From NCBI GenBank assembly GCA_016206085.1, contig JACQSF010000005.1:1337-65336 (forward strand): 64,000 bases of DNA, read 5' to 3'. Each line of letters begins with the position of its first letter. The first letter of the stretch is position 1. Made by a program: the position numbers and the translations under genes. Positions 60,189 to 64,000 of the stretch are shown here, one piece after another. This DNA is from Candidatus Uhrbacteria bacterium. Its GTDB lineage: Bacteria > Patescibacteriota > Patescibacteriia > UBA9934 > GWF2-40-263. The notes beneath the pieces are model-generated. The model had not been told where the DNA came from and ran no database searches. It was given only the letters and a program-made list of their open reading frames with translations.

Positions 60189-61109
60189 ATGAAAAAAATA
60201 CTCATTTTTCTTTCTCTTCTGCTGTTTGCAGGTCTCGGTTGCGCCCCCACGACCGTATCGTTAGCGGACGACTTTAAACCGGTTGAAGGGAAGGCTTCGT
60301 CGCCAACCGGAGAAGACTCCTCCAAAGAGGGACCCTATGAACGCCGGGTGATGACCGCCATCTCCTACGATGGTCTCTCATACACAGAAAACGGAACCTG
60401 GATTGCTGATCAAGCTCATGTCCCAGATGCGGTGATAAAAAACGACACCATCTATCTCTATTACACTGGATGGATCGTCGGTGATCACCTCAACACCAGC
60501 GCGGTGGCGATCTCAGAGGATCAAGGACAAACGTGGACATATAAGTACGTAAATCTAGAAAATGCTGGATCGATCGATCGACTCGTAGACCCTGACATTG
60601 TATTGCTTGAGGATGGCACCTTCCGTCTCTTCTTCACGGCTGGGAACCCGCAAGGAATCCATTACGCCGAAGGCACGGATGGAATCACGTTTGCGTACAT
60701 GGGATCCATCTTCGCCCAAACAGATGACATCGCGATTGACTCGACAACCATAAAAATAGGCGACACGTGGCATATGTATGCTCTGTCGGGAGAAGGAATC
60801 AATCGTCTGTGGCACCTCACGAGTACTGACGGTCTCTCCTTCACCGTCTACGACCTGATCAGTTTCCCCAATGCGGGTGTCCCTTCCATGCCCTCAAACG
60901 GAATCTGGATCGACAATAAATTTTATCTCTTCCTGTACGCCGCGGACGGTTCGATTGGATCCATGTGGACGAAGAACGGCTTTGATTGGTACCCAAGCGA
61001 GCAGACACATCTACAACCAACGGAGAACGAGCTGTACGTGAAAGACCCAACCGTCGTTCAACTCGACAATGGTCAGAATCTCATGTTCTACGTCACGAAT
61101 ATTCCTTAA
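60189..61109 (+). CDS. Lipoprotein, GH43/GH32-like beta-propeller
   Basis: LFAGLGC lipobox; repeated DP...LYY blades and S-D-G-x-T-W Asp-boxes. Confidence 0.65.
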   Translation: MKKILIFLSLLLFAGLGCAPTTVSLADDFKPVEGKASSPTGEDSSKEGPYERRVMTAISYDGLSYTENGTWIADQAHVPDAVIKNDTIYLYYTGWIVGDHLNTSAVAISEDQGQTWTYKYVNLENAGSIDRLVDPDIVLLEDGTFRLFFTAGNPQGIHYAEGTDGITFAYMGSIFAQTDDIAIDSTTIKIGDTWHMYALSGEGINRLWHLTSTDGLSFTVYDLISFPNAGVPSMPSNGIWIDNKFYLFLYAADGSIGSMWTKNGFDWYPSEQTHLQPTENELYVKDPTVVQLDNGQNLMFYVTNIP

Positions 61110-61136
61110 AAAACATCCCCAGACGGGGATGTTTTT
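61108..61136. terminator. Bidirectional terminator
   Basis: AAAAACATCCCC-AGAC-GGGGATGTTTTT. Confidence 0.7.
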
Positions 61137-61719
61137 ATTTCAACGTTCCTTCAAGGATATGTTCGGCTGGAGCTGGGTTTGCGTCGTCTAACTCCAGCGT
61201 AAGAACAAAGAAATCGTGATCAGAAAAGTCAGTACTGGTGAGATAGACCATGGTGTATCCCTTCTGTGTTTTCTGTGCACGACCCAGAGAAAAAACCGCA
61301 AGCTCCCCCTCTCGACGAACAAGCCAGGCCTCATAAAAATACTCAGACGAGGGCTCTGGAAGATTTCCCATTTCAGCGATCAGCGTGAATGTCCCCTGCG
61401 CAAACGTTGCCTGGGCAATCCCAAATCCTTCACCGCCCGTGACATCGGCAAGAGCGGCAGACCGCCAGTCTTTCACATTCGTCTCAAGATAGGTGGTGAG
61501 ATCCCCAGGGGAGCGGCCAAACGAATCCCCCTCACGTGTGGCAGAAGCCATCGCCGCTATCTCTCCTTCATCCATTATGAGATCATTCTCTCGCGCTTCC
61601 GCCAAAATAGAGGTTCGGTCAATTGTGGAGACCCTTTGTGCGTCCTGTGCGGAGGGGTTCCCCCAACATCCAGCCCCCGTAAAAAGGATCGCCATAACCA
61701 AAAAAGCAAGCTGTTTCAT
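61135..61719 (-). CDS. Lipoprotein with RskA-C-like domain
   Basis: FTGAGC lipobox; LPEP...YEAWLV...SLG...LTLE...P..HILEG. Confidence 0.6.
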   Translation of the reverse strand: MKQLAFLVMAILFTGAGCWGNPSAQDAQRVSTIDRTSILAEARENDLIMDEGEIAAMASATREGDSFGRSPGDLTTYLETNVKDWRSAALADVTGGEGFGIAQATFAQGTFTLIAEMGNLPEPSSEYFYEAWLVRREGELAVFSLGRAQKTQKGYTMVYLTSTDFSDHDFFVLTLELDDANPAPAEHILEGTLK

Positions 61720-61743
61720 AGCGCCGGCAGTATAGCAGGACAT

Positions 61744-62520
61744 CTAGAGATAATCCAAGAGGCGTTCATATTGAAAAAGACCAAGCAATCGATACGCCCA
61801 AGAGAGCCAAAGACCAAGTTGATCGGTGAGCAATAGGATCCCTAGGGTAATCAAGAGAATACCCCCAATCGTTGAAACATAGGGGAGCACGACAGAAAGT
61901 CGATGAATGGTCTGTGTGGCATGACCGACCCCCCAGGCGATGAGTAAAAATGGAATTGCCAACCCAAGCGAAAAAACACTCAAGAGAAAAGTCCCTTGCC
62001 ACGCAGTTGCGGTGGAAGAGGCAAGGAACAAAATTGAACCCAGGATGGGGCCCACACACGGTGTCCACCCAAACGCGAACGTCGCACCGAAGATGAATGA
62101 GCTTGAGGGTGTTCCTGGTTTGAGTGAATATAGCAAACGGAAATGATGTTCAGAAGAGAGAGCGGCTCGCAGTACCAAAATTCGATCAAAGACCCCGACC
62201 AAGTACAAGCCAAAAAATAGAATAAAAACCCCACCAATCTTTATCAAGACACGTTGATACATGACAAGGGCTGCCCCCCCGATGCCAAACAAAAGACCAA
62301 GCAGGATAAACACCAGACTGAATCCAAGAACATAAAATACGCCGTTGAGTAGCACTCGACGACGAATAACGGCGGCGAGTCTTGGATCACGCATGTCTTT
62401 CGCGCTTGCGCCGCTGATAAATCCTAAATAGGCCGGGACCAGTGGTAGTGTGCAAGGCGCAAGGAACGTCAGGATCCCGGCGATGAAGGCGGGAATAATG
62501 AGAGCGGATGTATCAATCAT
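61744..62520 (-). CDS. ccdA: CcdA/DsbD-type transmembrane electron transporter
   Basis: FLAPCTLPLVPAYL, GWTPCVGPIL. Confidence 0.88.
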   Translation of the reverse strand: MIDTSALIIPAFIAGILTFLAPCTLPLVPAYLGFISGASAKDMRDPRLAAVIRRRVLLNGVFYVLGFSLVFILLGLLFGIGGAALVMYQRVLIKIGGVFILFFGLYLVGVFDRILVLRAALSSEHHFRLLYSLKPGTPSSSFIFGATFAFGWTPCVGPILGSILFLASSTATAWQGTFLLSVFSLGLAIPFLLIAWGVGHATQTIHRLSVVLPYVSTIGGILLITLGILLLTDQLGLWLSWAYRLLGLFQYERLLDYL

Positions 62521-62523
62521 AAA

Positions 62524-63537
62524 CTAATTGGTGATCCAGGGGGAAGGAAACTGCTTGTTCCTCAAACGATGCTCGAAAAACTGTCCAATCGTAATTGCGA
62601 TCAGAAGCATCAACGCATAGATTTTCAAAAAGGAAATAAGCGAAAGCTCTGTTCCCGCAGGAAGGGATCCCAAAATAAAAGCTGAGTACCACGAGACAAT
62701 AGAGATTGGTCCCAAAACAAACGCGAAACGTCGAGCCAGTACAAGCTCCCCTACTTTATGCTTGTGTGGTTGGGCAAAGGTAATCTTCGCAAGCTTAGGA
62801 GCGATAGAGAGATTGAGAAATGCCCCGTTGACGATGATCACACTAACCACAATAATCTTGGCAAGAAATTTAGGACTGTCATTGTAGGATACGGCTTGAG
62901 GGAGATAGAGAGCAAAACCAGTAATCACCATGAGACACAACGCAAACCAAATGAACTGGGAAAGAGTTGAAAAGACGTCAGACTCCTCCTGTGAGATACG
63001 CAGATCCCTGAGGAAACGCAAGAAGAAGATATCGGTGAGTGTTGCGGCACCCAAACCAAGAGCCATAAACAGGATATGCAGGACAAGGATGATGGGTCGA
63101 AACTCCAAAAGAATTGGGAGAACCACCTCACGCCCACCGACAATCGCAATCAGGAAGATACTCAAACAAAGGGCGGCGGAAAACAAACACCAAGTGCAGA
63201 TCTTTTTGAGGACAACTAATTGAATGAACGTGAGGTACAACGAAAACAAGAAAGCGATGGTTGAGGCAAGAAGGAGGGAGGGTTCCAACCAGTCAAACAG
63301 GACTGGTGAGGCAACCACCAGGCCGTGTCCAATCAGTAGGCCGGCATAGTACGTGATTCCGATCAGCTCAACTGGCACACCGAGGAATTTTGAAAATTCG
63401 CTGTGAATGACTTCAGCACAGTTGCCACGAAGCGGACAGATAAATGGTTGCTGGTGTGTCTGTTTTTTGTTGTACAGATACAGAGCCAGGAGAAGCCCAC
63501 CCAGGGCAAAAATGGAAATGAAGAGGGATTCAATCAT
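62524..63537 (-). CDS. VKOR-family protein fused to an additional membrane domain
   Basis: CPLRGNC...SEFSKFLGVP, ICTWC; extra C-terminal TM bundle. Confidence 0.8.
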   Translation of the reverse strand: MIESLFISIFALGGLLLALYLYNKKQTHQQPFICPLRGNCAEVIHSEFSKFLGVPVELIGITYYAGLLIGHGLVVASPVLFDWLEPSLLLASTIAFLFSLYLTFIQLVVLKKICTWCLFSAALCLSIFLIAIVGGREVVLPILLEFRPIILVLHILFMALGLGAATLTDIFFLRFLRDLRISQEESDVFSTLSQFIWFALCLMVITGFALYLPQAVSYNDSPKFLAKIIVVSVIIVNGAFLNLSIAPKLAKITFAQPHKHKVGELVLARRFAFVLGPISIVSWYSAFILGSLPAGTELSLISFLKIYALMLLIAITIGQFFEHRLRNKQFPSPWITN

Positions 63538-63555
63538 ACGAAAATCGTGAATCGT

Positions 63556-63999
63556 TCAACCGTTTCGGCTTGGGTAAAGATACAGAGTGATACACAGACT
63601 GAGCGCCGCGGCAAAAAAACACCAGACACTCGTAAATGCTTCTTCATAAAAAAACCAAGCGACGGAAGCGGAAAGTAACGTAGCTGCCCCAAACCATTGA
63701 ATGAATCGACTAGATGACATGAACAACGCACCGACCGTGACACTGATATAGAGGATGATTCCAGCGGTCTCAAACGGGGCACTAATCCGATAAGAAATAC
63801 TGTTGTGAATCACTTCCACATCCAACGACTGCGTAAAGAGTACAACCAGGAGATAGAATGATCCGATCGAACCAAAAAGCAGAAGAGAGCGAAGCATGCA
63901 CTTACGTTTGGGGTTTCGTTCATGAATCCACACGGCGAGTGGAATATAAACCGGCCAAAGAATAAACGCAAAGAATAAAAATCCATACGCAAGACTCTC
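63556..63999 (-). CDS. DUF6629-like membrane protein (5' partial)
   Basis: Frame is open to the window end; LWPVYIP, FTSVWCFFAA. Confidence 0.65.
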   Translation of the reverse strand, partial: ESLAYGFLFFAFILWPVYIPLAVWIHERNPKRKCMLRSLLLFGSIGSFYLLVVLFTQSLDVEVIHNSISYRISAPFETAGIILYISVTVGALFMSSSRFIQWFGAATLLSASVAWFFYEEAFTSVWCFFAAALSLCITLYLYPSRNG

Positions 64000-64000
64000 G

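Overview
This is a mostly minus-strand chromosomal segment of a Patescibacteria (CPR/Parcubacteria, Uhrbacteria-like) bacterium. The taxon is inferred from the CTD-less RpoA, short AlaS, G(A/L)GC-type lipoproteins, SD-poor housekeeping genes and a CPR-type VirD4-like ATPase. In order it holds: the left end of an IS3-family element inserted next to an AT-rich integron-cassette-like gene; a surface-glycan cluster; infA-rpmJ-rpsMKD-rpoA-rplQM-rpsI; alaS, murJ and RNA-modification genes; secD (with parvulin domains inserted) and secF; a six-gene Ehr/complex-I-like membrane complex; a beta-carbonic-anhydrase-like orphan; a complete F1Fo operon; two divergent orphan genes; tatD, metG and rsmI; and a thiol-redox/lipoprotein region. 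The most unusual observations are four. (1) A 33-bp mini-insertion occurs twice, and its three internal triplets co-vary exactly with its 3-bp target duplication. (2) The Ehr complex appears to have lost both the NiFe ligands and the Fe-S ligands, and sits next to a CA-like gene and ATP synthase. (3) Many palindromic repeat families fill the atp spacers and are inserted in-frame in conserved proteins. (4) SecD is fused to PPIase domains. All calls come from motif recognition by eye; no database searches were run.
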